This document shows positions 10,326 to 20,071 of a stretch of DNA of 64,000 nt, piece after piece. A program made the translations under genes and the position numbers. Origin of the DNA: Pseudomonadales bacterium. GTDB lineage: Bacteria > Pseudomonadota > Gammaproteobacteria > Pseudomonadales > Azotimanducaceae. Under the pieces are notes generated by a model. The model was not told the DNA's origin, did no database searches, and saw nothing but the letters and a program-made list of their open reading frames with translations. The first letter of the stretch is position 1, and each line of letters begins with the position of its first letter. The DNA is taken from assembly GCA_017642855.1 (NCBI GenBank), contig JAEPOO010000002.1:207545-271544 (forward strand), given 5' to 3'.

Positions 10326-12233
10326 TCAGCCCTCAATAAAGCTCTTCAGCTGTTCCGATCTCGCAGGATGGCGGAGCTTACGCAAAGCCTTCGCTTCAAT
10401 CTGACGAATTCGCTCACGCGTTACTGAGAACTGACGGCCGACCTCTTCCAGCGTGTGATCGGTATTCATATCAATACCAAATCGCATACGCAGCACCTTC
10501 GCTTCACGCTCTGTCAGGGCAGTGAGGACATTGGTCGTGGTCTCTTTCAGCCCTTCATCAGTGGCGTGCTCCATGGGAGACTCCACCGTTGTGTCGCTGA
10601 CAAGATTCCACATCGTAGAGTCGTCGTCGTCGCCAACCGGCGTTTCCAGAGAAATTGGCTGCTTGGCCACGTCCAGCGCTTTAAGCACTTTGTCTTCAGG
10701 CAGTTCCATCTTCTTGGACAGCTCTTCAATGGTCGGGTTACGACCCAACTCCTGTACCAGCTGTCGCGTCAGGCGGTTCAGTTTATTGACGGTTTCCATC
10801 ATGTGGACAGGTACGCGGATGGTACGTGCCAGATCAGAGATCGATCGGGTGATGGCCTGTCGAATCCACCAGGTTGCATAGGTCGAGAACTTGAAACCGC
10901 GACGATACTCGAACTTGTCCACCGCCTTCATCAAGCCGATGTTGCCCTCCTGAATAAGATCCAGGAAATGCAGACCGCGATTCGTGTACTTTTTAGCGAT
11001 TGAGATCACGAGCCGAAGGTTCGCTTCAATCATGTCTTTCTTGGCCGCGCGAGTCTTACCCACCGCCAGAAACAATCTGCGATTCAAATCTTTGATTTCG
11101 CTAACTGACATGTCGGTTCGGTCAGCGACTCGTTTAATCTGCTTGTTACCATGTCGAACAGAAATTCGAACGGCCTGAAGTTTCTCTGCGAGATCAGGCA
11201 GTTCGTTTATGATTTCGTCGATCCAATCCGCATTGGTTTCGTTGCCGACGTAGCGCTTCAGGAAAATATCTTTGGGCATCTTCGATTTCTGCACGCACAG
11301 ATCCCGAATGGTTCGTTCCTGGGTGCGGATTTGCTGCATATCGCGATGTACCAGGTCCAGGATGGGATCCATCACCGCAGGCACCAGCTTAAAGAGGCTG
11401 AAAGCGTCTGCCAGTTTGGTGAGTGCCTTATCTGTCTTTGGATCGTCCTTGCCGTGTTTCTCACGCGCTCGCTGATACGCTCGATAAGCTTTATCCAACG
11501 CCTTGAACCGGGCATGCCCGAGATCGTGGTCCAGTTTTCCAGTGTTGTCGTCCTCACCCGCCTGGTAGTTACCGCTCGATTTGGCCTGAGCGATGTCGCT
11601 CATATCCGGAATGTCGTCTTCCGGATCCAGGAATCCCGAAATAACAGCGGAAACCTCGCCTTCATCTTCCACGACTTCTTCGTAGGCCGCGAGCACATAC
11701 TCGACGGTGCCGGGGTATGCCGCCATGGTGGCCATCGTTTCCCGGATGCCGTCCTCGATTCGCTTGGCAATGACAATTTCGCCTTCGCGGGTCAACAGGG
11801 GCACTGTGCCCATTTCGCGCATGTACATACGCACTGGGTCCATGGTTTTGCCGACGACACTTTCCATGCCTCCGAGCACCGCAGACTCATCTTCGGACTC
11901 ATCCTCGCTTTCAGTCTTGAGCGAGGCTGGATCAGGTGCGACTTCATAAATCGACACCCCCATCTCTTCGAACATCAAAACGATGGCTTCGAATTCATCC
12001 GTCTCTTCAATACTTTCAGGCAGTGCTTCTGTGAGCTGATCGTAGGTCAGATATCCCTGCTCTTTTCCGGTGTCGATCAGCAGTTTGAGCTTCGATTCCT
12101 CGGCTTCGGCATCGTCTTCATCGAGCTTTTCTGTACCGGCAAGTTCTTCCAGTGCATCAAGCTCATCAGACGCATCCTCGAGGTCATCATCATCAAGGAT
12201 CGTATCGTAGTCACCGTCATCGGCATTTATCAT
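10326..12233 (-). CDS. rpoD: RNA polymerase sigma factor RpoD (sigma-70)
   Basis: 635 aa. Acidic N-terminal region and conserved regions 2-4 ([51 protein letters not shown]). Confidence 0.98.
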   Translation of the reverse strand: MINADDGDYDTILDDDDLEDASDELDALEELAGTEKLDEDDAEAEESKLKLLIDTGKEQGYLTYDQLTEALPESIEETDEFEAIVLMFEEMGVSIYEVAPDPASLKTESEDESEDESAVLGGMESVVGKTMDPVRMYMREMGTVPLLTREGEIVIAKRIEDGIRETMATMAAYPGTVEYVLAAYEEVVEDEGEVSAVISGFLDPEDDIPDMSDIAQAKSSGNYQAGEDDNTGKLDHDLGHARFKALDKAYRAYQRAREKHGKDDPKTDKALTKLADAFSLFKLVPAVMDPILDLVHRDMQQIRTQERTIRDLCVQKSKMPKDIFLKRYVGNETNADWIDEIINELPDLAEKLQAVRISVRHGNKQIKRVADRTDMSVSEIKDLNRRLFLAVGKTRAAKKDMIEANLRLVISIAKKYTNRGLHFLDLIQEGNIGLMKAVDKFEYRRGFKFSTYATWWIRQAITRSISDLARTIRVPVHMMETVNKLNRLTRQLVQELGRNPTIEELSKKMELPEDKVLKALDVAKQPISLETPVGDDDDSTMWNLVSDTTVESPMEHATDEGLKETTTNVLTALTEREAKVLRMRFGIDMNTDHTLEEVGRQFSVTRERIRQIEAKALRKLRHPARSEQLKSFIEG

Positions 12234-12849
12234 AGGGCGCGCGCTCCGTTAAAGACCAGTGCTTCCGTTTCTTAGTGTCATCAACCCGGCATTTACTGAC
12301 ACTCATTCATTCCCATCGAACACGTCAGCGGATGAGCGGCAAGTGACAAATCCGGTGCCATTGTTCTGACCTCAACATTGAGACGAAACACTCAGTCGTA
12401 TGGTTCAACCCAAACCTGAAAAATTTATTGACAGAACCAGTGAACAAGCCCCGAATGAATCGGTAAAAAGTTCAGGAAGTGGGTAAGGTCTGGGGTTGTA
12501 TTATCGAGTTATCGTTCACTCGATGTCCACCAAAAATGGCGGTTTTACGGCCATTCGTCCGTAATCATTCAACATCTGACCCCGCAGGCCGACGCCACAC
12601 CACAACGGACACCTCTTCCGCCTCCCTAGGTGGGGTTGTTTTGCGAGTTTTTCAACCCCTGAAGACACCAATATCCGGCATAAGTCGTGAAAAAATTTCA
12701 GCTGGCCAACTTTTCGATGGCCGGTTTCCGCAATTTCGACTGAATTCAGGACCTTAGATTTGTTTCCTAAAAGTCAAGGTAATTCCTCTTCAGGAATCTC
12801 CATTTTTGAAATCTTTAAATTCGATTTTGACAGAGGTATATTATTCAAC

Positions 12850-12925
12850 CTCGCTAGCCGAAGCTGTATGAATATACAGTATTCTCCTCGGCAGGATGGA
12901 TGCGCATACAGCTTCGCTAGCCGAG
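12850..12925. repeat. long imperfect inverted repeat (21-nt arms, 34-nt spacer)
   Basis: Left arm CTCGCTAGCCGAAGCTGTATG (12850-12870). Right arm CATACAGCTTCGCTAGCCGAG (12905-12925). The distal 12 bp pair perfectly and the GCTAGC part is offset by one base. A competing local hairpin is CTGTAT-GAAT-ATACAG at 12864-12879. Confidence 0.6.
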
Positions 12926-13060
12926 ACCAACGCCTGAAACCCCCTGTTTTTACTGGCTTCCCGCGCACTTCGTCGTGTTGTTGCGCAGGTTATTCACTTT
13001 CTTACCCACAGCTCGCGCGGCGTTAACAACACATTATGCACAGCTTACCCACCGGTTGTT

Positions 13061-13897
13061 CTAGTCGGGCAGCGGCACCCGGGAAAGCAGTGAACGCCAG
13101 TCGTACGCTGTGTCCCCAATGACGTAGAAAAACGGGTTGAGAATGTTTTCTTTTGTGTTGTAGCGCAGCGGGTCCAAAGCGGTATTGACCACACTTCCAC
13201 CTGCCGCTTCGACGACCGCCTGTGCCGCTGCAGTATCCCACTCTGATGTCGGGGCAAGTCTTGGGTAAAGGTCCGCTTCACCTTCTGCGACGAGGCAAAG
13301 TTTCAGAGAACTTCCCATATTGGTGGTCTCAATGTCTGAAAAAGATGTCTTCAAAACAGACAGACACGCCTCAAGCGCTTCACCACCATGACGACGACTG
13401 GCAACCACCGTCACTGACTCTTCCGGATTAAACGGTCGTGTGCTGATCGAGATGGTTTCACCATCACGCGTCACCGTCGCCTGACCCGCTTTCTGATCAC
13501 CAACGTAGAGCACGTCTTTCACCGGCACAAAGACAACGCCCATCACCGGAATACCCGCTTCGATCAACGCCACATTCACGGTGAACTCGCCATTTCTGGA
13601 AATGAACTCCTTGGTGCCGTCCAGAGGATCGACCAGAAAATAGCGATCCCAGCTGCGTCTTTCGGTAAACGGAATGTCATCGGACTCTTCAGAGAGAATC
13701 GGTATCTCCGGCGCGCCGAGGCTCAAGCTGTCGACGATGATGTGATGAGCCGCCAAATCCGCTCGGGTAAGCGGTGAGTCATCTGACTTCGCTTCGACGC
13801 CAAAGTCTTCTTCACCATAAACTTCCAGGATGGCTGCTCCTGCATCCCGGACTGTGCGGCTCATCAAATCGACTAATTCACTCAAAGGACATTCCAT
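13061..13897 (-). CDS. cysQ: 3'(2'),5'-bisphosphate nucleotidase CysQ
   Basis: 278 aa. Inositol-monophosphatase fold motifs (ILSEES, WDRYFLVDPLDGTKEF, EWDTAAAQAV). Confidence 0.9.
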   Translation of the reverse strand: MECPLSELVDLMSRTVRDAGAAILEVYGEEDFGVEAKSDDSPLTRADLAAHHIIVDSLSLGAPEIPILSEESDDIPFTERRSWDRYFLVDPLDGTKEFISRNGEFTVNVALIEAGIPVMGVVFVPVKDVLYVGDQKAGQATVTRDGETISISTRPFNPEESVTVVASRRHGGEALEACLSVLKTSFSDIETTNMGSSLKLCLVAEGEADLYPRLAPTSEWDTAAAQAVVEAAGGSVVNTALDPLRYNTKENILNPFFYVIGDTAYDWRSLLSRVPLPD

Positions 13898-13966
13898 CGG
13901 TTTTTTTCAAGGTAGCGGATTGAACCTTATCGCCGTCCTCATCACAACCACGATAGAATCATTCAC

Positions 13967-14641
13967 GTGAACTACCCCTGCCTCAATGATATCGACACCC
14001 TGCTTCTGGACATGGATGGCACTCTGCTGGACCTGCGTTTCGACAACCATTTCTGGGTAGACCACCTGCCCGTAAGATACGGGGATATTCACGGTCTGAA
14101 AGAGGAACTGGCCACCGCCCATGTTGAGACCGCCCTGCGTGAGGCTGAGGGCACGATGAATTGGTACTGCACCGATCACTGGTCCAGGCATTTTGACGTC
14201 GACATCATGACGCTGAAGCGAGAGGTCGAGCACCTCATCCAGTTTCGCGCCGGTGCAGAGCGCTTTTTGAAGGCACTGGCCCAACACGATCACCTGGATA
14301 TCTTGATCGTTACTGATGCGCATCCCAATGTGCTGGCGCTGAAGCAGAGGGTGACCGGACTTCTGGACCATGTTGATGATCACTATTGCTCCCATCACTT
14401 CGGTCTACCAAAGAGAGACCTTCAATTCTGGTCAGCGCTGTCTGATCAGGTTGATTTTGACCCTGAAACCACCATGATGATCGATGACAGCCCGGCGGTT
14501 CTGGCACAGTGCAAAGCCTTCGGTATCAGGCATGTGCTGTGTGTTGAGACGCCGGATTCCGGCAGAAGCCACAGGCACGACCACGACTTTCCTTTAATCG
14601 ATGACCTTTCGCGTTTAACAACCGGGAGTGAACAGCCTTGA
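13967..14641 (+). CDS. yrfG: HAD-family GMP/IMP nucleotidase YrfG-like
   Basis: GTG start. LLDMDGTLLDLRFDNHFW is a HAD motif I of YrfG type. Sits directly upstream of hslR, as in E. coli. Confidence 0.8.
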   Translation: MNYPCLNDIDTLLLDMDGTLLDLRFDNHFWVDHLPVRYGDIHGLKEELATAHVETALREAEGTMNWYCTDHWSRHFDVDIMTLKREVEHLIQFRAGAERFLKALAQHDHLDILIVTDAHPNVLALKQRVTGLLDHVDDHYCSHHFGLPKRDLQFWSALSDQVDFDPETTMMIDDSPAVLAQCKAFGIRHVLCVETPDSGRSHRHDHDFPLIDDLSRLTTGSEQP

Positions 14642-14760
14642 GCGATAAGGGCAAGGTAGAACAGCCATGAGCGATAAGGTAAAGGTAGAACAGCCTTGAG
14701 CGATAAGGTAAAGGTAGAACAGCCATGAGCGATAAGGTGAGGGCAGAACAGCCATGAGCG
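14630..14760 (+). repeat. 29-bp tandem repeat, 4.5 copies
   Basis: Units start at 14630, 14659, 14688 and 14717, with a partial unit at 14746. Consensus gaacagcc[a/t]tgagcgataagg[t/g][a/c]aaggta. The array spans the yrfG stop to the hslR start. Confidence 0.95.
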
Positions 14761-15134
14761 GGGTCCGGATAGACAAGTGGCTCTGGGCTGCCCGGTTTTT
14801 CAAAACCCGAGCCAAGGCAAAAGAGGCCATTGATGGCGGCAAGGTACATGTGAACGGCCAGCGCACCAAACCCAGTAAAGAGCTCGTGCCGGGGGACACC
14901 CTGCAGATTACGCAGGGCTACGACGAAAAGGTTGTCGTCGTAAACGCGTTGAGTGACCAGCGCAGATCTGCGACCATCGCCCAAACACTGTACGAGGAAA
15001 CGCTCGCAAGCCAGGAAAAACGTGCACTTCGTGCAGAGCAGCGAAAGGCCGCAGGCAGCCACATCATGTCTGAAGGCAGACCAAGCAAGAAAGATCGACG
15101 CCAGATCCATCGGTTCAGAGACCAAAATCAATAG
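14754..15134 (+). CDS. hslR: ribosome-associated heat shock protein Hsp15 (HslR)
   Basis: 126 aa. S4-like RNA-binding N-terminus ([37 protein letters not shown]) and a basic C-terminal tail. Confidence 0.9.
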   Translation: MSGVRIDKWLWAARFFKTRAKAKEAIDGGKVHVNGQRTKPSKELVPGDTLQITQGYDEKVVVVNALSDQRRSATIAQTLYEETLASQEKRALRAEQRKAAGSHIMSEGRPSKKDRRQIHRFRDQNQ

Positions 15135-15138
15135 CCTG

Positions 15139-16788
15139 ATGGCCTCAGTCCGATTCGGTTCGACACCGGCAAATAAACTCCCCTGCTCTGGGGTCTTTTG
15201 GCATAATCGCGCCAACGACCTTGTCAGCAACACAATCTTGGAACCGCAACCTCGCCTCTCTTCCGACCTCTCGGTCGATGACCTCATCAATATCGCCCTG
15301 GAAACCGGAGAAGGTCGTCTTGCTGCCAATGGCGCACTGGTCGTCGAGACCGGGAAAAGAACCGCCCGGCACCCGCTCGACCGGTTCATCGTTGAGGAAC
15401 CGAGTTCGTCTGATGACATCGACTGGGGAGACATCAATCGCCCATTTGATCCCGACAATTTCGACGAGCTGTGGCGGCGGGTTAAATCCTATCTATCAGA
15501 GAGAGAGACCTTCTGGACAGAACTTCATGTCGGTGCCGATGCTGAAGATTACCTGCCTGTTAGGGTCACGACGGAAACCGCCTGGCACAGCGTCTTTGCC
15601 AGATCACTGTTCATTACACCCGAGACCTTCAATCCAAAAGGGAAGAAACTCTGGCGTGTCCTGCACGCACCAAATTTTGTGTGCGAACCAGAACGTGACG
15701 GCACCAACAGTGATGGCTGCGTCATCATCAACTTTGCTTTGCGCCGCGTGCTGATCGCGGGCATGCCTTACGCCGGCGAGTTGAAGAAAGCCATGTTCTC
15801 TGTGCAGAACTTCATGCTTCCGGAAAAGGACGTCTTACCGATGCATTGTGCTGCCAATTCAGACAATGATGGCAACGTTACCCTGTTCTTCGGTCTCTCC
15901 GGCACCGGTAAAACCACCTTGTCCGCGGATCCTGCAAGAAAATTGATTGGAGATGATGAACACGGCTGGGGCAAGGGTACCGTGTTTAACCTTGAGGGTG
16001 GCTGCTACGCCAAATGTATTAATTTGTCGAAAGAAAACGAGCCGGTTATCTGGGACGCAATCCGAGAGGGCACGATCATCGAGAATGTCGTCATCGATCC
16101 CGAGACCGGGGAGCCGGACTACGCAGATACCCGTCTCACTGAGAACACACGCGCCTGTTATCCACGGCAGCACATCACCGAGCGCGTTGAAGAAAATCTC
16201 GGCAACGAACCGGCACACATCATTTTTCTCACTTGTGACCTGACGGGTGTGCTGCCTCCAGTGAGCAGGCTTTCTCCTGAAGCTGCTGCCTATCATTTCT
16301 TAAGTGGGTATACCGCGAAGGTCGGATCCACAGAGGCTGGTGTTGATGGTGACATCACGGCGACTTTTTCTACCTGTTTCGGGGCGCCTTTCTTCCCAAG
16401 ACCTGCTGGTGTCTATGCTGATTTGCTGATGAAACGTATCCGCGAATTCGGCTCCAAGGTATATCTCGTCAATACCGGCTGGACCGGCGGCGCTGAAGGT
16501 AAAGGGGGGGCTCGATTTCCCATACCTGTCACCAGGGCCATCATTGCCGCTATCCACCGAGGGGCAATTGATGAGGTACCGTCACAAACCCTACCGATGC
16601 TTAACCTAACCATCCCAACCGAACTACCCGGCGTTGAGTCCAAGATACTCAATCCAAGGGCAACCTGGCCAGATCAAAACGCTTATGATGTCGCAGCGCG
16701 TTCTTTGACGGAAAAGTTCGTGCGTAACTTTGAGCGATTCGATGTAGCCCAGGCAATCATCGATGCCGGTCCACAGCTTGACCCGTGA
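15139..16788 (+). CDS. pckA: phosphoenolpyruvate carboxykinase (ATP)
   Basis: Motifs [40 protein letters not shown] (kinase-1a) and IGDDEHGW. Start is uncertain: ATG 15139, or TTG 15238 which gives a Pseudomonas-like length. The ORF-track GTG at 14953 overlaps hslR and is rejected. Confidence 0.93.
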   Translation: MASVRFGSTPANKLPCSGVFWHNRANDLVSNTILEPQPRLSSDLSVDDLINIALETGEGRLAANGALVVETGKRTARHPLDRFIVEEPSSSDDIDWGDINRPFDPDNFDELWRRVKSYLSERETFWTELHVGADAEDYLPVRVTTETAWHSVFARSLFITPETFNPKGKKLWRVLHAPNFVCEPERDGTNSDGCVIINFALRRVLIAGMPYAGELKKAMFSVQNFMLPEKDVLPMHCAANSDNDGNVTLFFGLSGTGKTTLSADPARKLIGDDEHGWGKGTVFNLEGGCYAKCINLSKENEPVIWDAIREGTIIENVVIDPETGEPDYADTRLTENTRACYPRQHITERVEENLGNEPAHIIFLTCDLTGVLPPVSRLSPEAAAYHFLSGYTAKVGSTEAGVDGDITATFSTCFGAPFFPRPAGVYADLLMKRIREFGSKVYLVNTGWTGGAEGKGGARFPIPVTRAIIAAIHRGAIDEVPSQTLPMLNLTIPTELPGVESKILNPRATWPDQNAYDVAARSLTEKFVRNFERFDVAQAIIDAGPQLDP

Positions 16789-18368
16789 CTAAGATGACAA
16801 ACCTCTTGCCAGAATCCTTCAGCAATCTGAATGCTGAAGACAAAAAGTCTCTGCTGACCTTTAACCGCGGCATCGAGCGTGAAGCGCTTCGGGTAACGCC
16901 AGGCGGCAAACTCGCGGATACACCGCACCCAGAAACGTTTGGCAGCAAGCTGACGCATCCGCTGGTCACCACTGATTTTTCAGAGGCGCAATTGGAACTG
17001 ATTACACCCGTATTTCCCTCTGCGGAAGGTGCGCTCCAAAAACTCGATGAAGTGCATCGGTATGTGTACTCCGGCGTGGGGGACGAAATACTCTGGTCAG
17101 CAAGCATGCCCTGTATGCTGGATGAGGATGCCTCTATCCCACTGGCTTTTTTTGGCGATTCAAACCTGGGACGACTCAAAACCACCTACCGGAGCGGGCT
17201 CGGACATCGTTACGGGCGGGGCATGCAAACCATTTGCGCGGTGCATTACAACTTCTCACTTTCCGACGAATTCTGGTCCTGGCTCAAAGACGCCGAAGGC
17301 GTTTCTGAAAACCTCAAAGATTTCACAACGCGTCGATACTTCGACCTGATGCGCAACTTCCGCCGATATTCCTGGATGCTGACCTATCTGTTCGGCGCCT
17401 CACCGGCCGTTTGCAAGTCCTTCGTCAAAGACAAGGCACATACCCTGGAAGACTTTGATGAAGGCACACTCTATCTGCCCTATGCGACATCCCTGCGCTC
17501 AGGCAACCTGGGCTATCAGAGTGATACCCAGGCAGATCAGATGAACATCTGTTACAACACGCTCGACAACTACGTGAGCTCACTGGCCAGCGCCATCTGC
17601 GCACCTCATGATGCGTACGAAGCCATCAACGCTTGGGGCGAGTATCCCCAGGTCAATGCCAACCTGCTGCAATCGGAAGCTGAGTTTTACTCTTCTATTC
17701 GTGCCAAGCGCGTTCCATCCGCTGGGGAAAACTTCCTGGGGAGTCTGCTGGAACACGGCGTGCAATACATTGAAGTCAGATTGCTGGATGTAAACCCTTA
17801 CCTGCCCTTGGGTATCGATGAGAGTGAAATCCGATTCCTCGATACCTTCCTGTTGTATTGCTTAATGACACCAAGCCCAGAGCACGACCAACAAAGCTGT
17901 GACGATGTCAGAACAAACAGCATGGCTGTCGTGCACAACGGCAGATCACCGGATCTGACCCTGATCGATCAGGGCACAGAGAGACCTATGCAGGCGTGGG
18001 CAGCGGAGATTTTGGATGAAATCAGCCCCTGGGCAGAACTACTGGGGTCAGAACTTTCAGACCCCGGCTTCATAGAGAGCTTTAACCTGCAGGTTGAACG
18101 CGTTCGGGACCCCGCCAAGACACCCAGCGGGCAGATCTTGGGGGACCTGAAGTCTGAGGGCGTCCCCTTTTTCAGGTTTGCCATGAACCAGGCTCTGGCT
18201 CACCGAGAATCCTTCAACTCACGACCACTGGACGAGCAGACGGTGGCGCGGTATGCAGAAATTGCCGCCGATTCGGTTGCCGGGCAAAACGACATCGAAG
18301 CCAAAGAACAGATCAGTTTCGATGAATACCTCGCCGGTATTAACGCGAGCTACCAGCCACTCGTGTGA
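16785..18368 (+). CDS. gshA: glutamate--cysteine ligase
   Basis: 527 aa. Proteobacterial GshA N-terminus ([22 protein letters not shown]...[21 protein letters not shown]). Confidence 0.93.
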   Translation: MTKMTNLLPESFSNLNAEDKKSLLTFNRGIEREALRVTPGGKLADTPHPETFGSKLTHPLVTTDFSEAQLELITPVFPSAEGALQKLDEVHRYVYSGVGDEILWSASMPCMLDEDASIPLAFFGDSNLGRLKTTYRSGLGHRYGRGMQTICAVHYNFSLSDEFWSWLKDAEGVSENLKDFTTRRYFDLMRNFRRYSWMLTYLFGASPAVCKSFVKDKAHTLEDFDEGTLYLPYATSLRSGNLGYQSDTQADQMNICYNTLDNYVSSLASAICAPHDAYEAINAWGEYPQVNANLLQSEAEFYSSIRAKRVPSAGENFLGSLLEHGVQYIEVRLLDVNPYLPLGIDESEIRFLDTFLLYCLMTPSPEHDQQSCDDVRTNSMAVVHNGRSPDLTLIDQGTERPMQAWAAEILDEISPWAELLGSELSDPGFIESFNLQVERVRDPAKTPSGQILGDLKSEGVPFFRFAMNQALAHRESFNSRPLDEQTVARYAEIAADSVAGQNDIEAKEQISFDEYLAGINASYQPLV

Positions 18369-18949
18369 ATCATCTCGCTCATTTTGCGCTGGCAGGAGAC
18401 GACGCTTGCCTCATTGTCGGCGGATTCCTGGGCGACTACGTCAAAGGACGCTTGCAGTGTCAGCTGCCAGATTCCATTGAGCGTGGCGTGCGCCTTCATC
18501 GCGCGATCGATCGGTTCACAGACAATCATCCCGTGACGAAAAGAAGCAGCAGGCGGCTGCCGAATCGGTTTCATCGCTATGGCGGCATCATTACGGATGT
18601 CGTTTACGATCACCTGCTGGCACTTAACTGGGCCAGGTTTTACGCCACGCCCCTGAAGGACTTTTCTTCACGTGCTTTAGACATCTTGTTAGATTCCAGG
18701 GATTATTTGCCGCCGAACGCTCTACGCACGGCAACGCGCATGCACGAGCTCAATGCCCTTGTGGGCTATCAAGAACAGGCCTTTATTGAACGGTCCCTGG
18801 TCTATCTGTCCACTCGCTTAAAACGAGACAACCCCCTGGATGAGGCTGCGGCCGAAGTGGTAGAACACCTTGACGCGATATCCGAGGATTTGGATGAGTT
18901 TTACCCCGAACTACGCCTTTTCTGTGATGAATGGCGAGAAAGCAACTAA
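18365..18949 (+). CDS. acpH: acyl carrier protein phosphodiesterase
   Basis: [11 protein letters not shown]...GGFLGDYVKG matches the AcpH N-terminal signature. The GTGA start overlaps the gshA stop. Confidence 0.85.
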   Translation: MNHLAHFALAGDDACLIVGGFLGDYVKGRLQCQLPDSIERGVRLHRAIDRFTDNHPVTKRSSRRLPNRFHRYGGIITDVVYDHLLALNWARFYATPLKDFSSRALDILLDSRDYLPPNALRTATRMHELNALVGYQEQAFIERSLVYLSTRLKRDNPLDEAAAEVVEHLDAISEDLDEFYPELRLFCDEWRESN

Positions 18950-19029
18950 ACTAAGGGCTGTTTTCATGTAGAAGGTTTCGTGCCGTATGAACGCCTATCG
19001 AAACCTGAACCGCAGTAACAGGAACTTTC

Positions 19030-19536
19030 ATGCTTCAGTACACCCCTAATCCACGAAGTCTTTATTGGCTCATCGCTTTTGGCACAGTCTTTCTGATGTC
19101 GGTTGCCCTCTACATGGAACATGCGATGCATCTGGAGCCCTGTCCACTGTGTATCTTCCAGCGCATTGCGGTGATCATCGCGGGTCTGATCGCGTTGGTC
19201 GCTGCCATCCATAACCCGGGCACTCTGGGGGTTCGAATCTATGGCGGGATGGTTGTCGCCTCCTGCATCGCCGGAGCTGGACTGTCCGCCAGGCAACTGC
19301 ATTTGCAGAGCCTACCAGAAGACCAGGTGCCTGCCTGTGGGCCGGGATTAGACTACCTGATGGATGTGTTCCCTATGCAGGACGTCATTCGCATGGTACT
19401 GGAGGGGGACGGCAGCTGCGCTGAAGTTGTTTGGACCTTTCTGGGCCTGAGTATCCCTGGCTGGACACTGCTCGGTTTCATCGGGCTGATCATCCTGGGA
19501 CTTTTTCAGATCCTGAGACCTGCCCAGGAAAACTAG
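19030..19536 (+). CDS. dsbB: disulfide bond formation protein B
   Basis: 168 aa, 4 TM helices. CPLCIFQR redox pair in the first periplasmic loop and a second Cys pair (ACGPG...C). Confidence 0.9.
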   Translation: MLQYTPNPRSLYWLIAFGTVFLMSVALYMEHAMHLEPCPLCIFQRIAVIIAGLIALVAAIHNPGTLGVRIYGGMVVASCIAGAGLSARQLHLQSLPEDQVPACGPGLDYLMDVFPMQDVIRMVLEGDGSCAEVVWTFLGLSIPGWTLLGFIGLIILGLFQILRPAQEN

Positions 19537-20027
19537 TGACCGCCTCCGGTGATGTCTTCCAGGGCCTGGTTTCTCTGTTCCATGGTTGCCTGGTAGCTGT
19601 TTACGGTCTCCATCATTTCCTGCATCTGATCCGCACCGGGTACACCACCTGGCAATGACCCGGGTGCCTGACTCGTTTCAACAGCCACCGGCTCGGGCCC
19701 AGGGGGAACATAGGCATCCATGAGGTTGACGTCGGCAATGGTTATCTCTTCGGCCACATCGCTATTGGGCGGCGTATTGGAGAAGTGCCACTGACCTTTT
19801 TCGTCCTGCCATCTGTACACCTTGGCTGACGCCGCATCTCGCGTGCTGGGGATCGTTGAAGCGGACGGCGTTCGACCACTCATCAGGTCAGAAAAGAAAG
19901 CTTCGACAGGTTCCGGCAGGTCGATCGCCCAGTCATCGATGCGCATGATGGGCTCGCCATCCGGGCCTTTGATAAAAAGGGGCGCGATACATGCGATAAT
20001 CAGCAACCCGATCATTAACTTCATCAT
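19533..20027 (-). CDS. DUF4124 domain-containing periplasmic protein
   Basis: Signal peptide plus VYRWQDEKGQWHFSNTPP, typical of DUF4124. Confidence 0.7.
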   Translation of the reverse strand: MMKLMIGLLIIACIAPLFIKGPDGEPIMRIDDWAIDLPEPVEAFFSDLMSGRTPSASTIPSTRDAASAKVYRWQDEKGQWHFSNTPPNSDVAEEITIADVNLMDAYVPPGPEPVAVETSQAPGSLPGGVPGADQMQEMMETVNSYQATMEQRNQALEDITGGGH

Positions 20028-20071
20028 AGACAGCTCTCTGCTTTACCCAATCGCACTATAAACATTCCAAT

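Noticed and set aside
11151-12275. 374-aa plus-strand ORF.
   Set aside because: It is entirely antisense to rpoD and is a typical shadow ORF. The same reasoning applies to 25067-25837 (in hemB), 22691-23311 (in the LLM gene), 37417-38079 (in lysA), 38982-39497 (in yigA), 51074-51805 and 49958-50575 (in polA), and 62118-62678 (in coxA).
12480-12535. tmRNA-like or tRNA-like 3' end (hairpin TCGAGT-8 nt-ACTCGA followed by TGTCCACCA).
   Set aside because: There is no T-arm consensus (GGTTCGA-type loop), no acceptor-stem partner and no tag-ORF or pseudoknot context. The CCA is coincidental.
12470-12900. Rsm/Csr-type sponge RNA suggested by several CAGGA motifs, including CAGGATGGATG in the big hairpin loop.
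   Set aside because: About six GGA occur in 430 nt, which is roughly the random expectation. Most are not in hairpin loops, and no terminator follows.
13951-13969. TAGAAT -10-like box 7 nt before the yrfG GTG, suggesting a leaderless mRNA.
   Set aside because: There is no matching -35 element at 17 +/- 1 nt. A single hexamer match is not evidence.
14526-15458. 310-aa minus-strand ORF, plus the 94-aa ORF at 14615-14899.
   Set aside because: They are antisense to well-supported hslR and pckA. The sequence is low-complexity, and the repeated YRSRLFYLYLIA segments are just the reverse translation of the 29-bp array.
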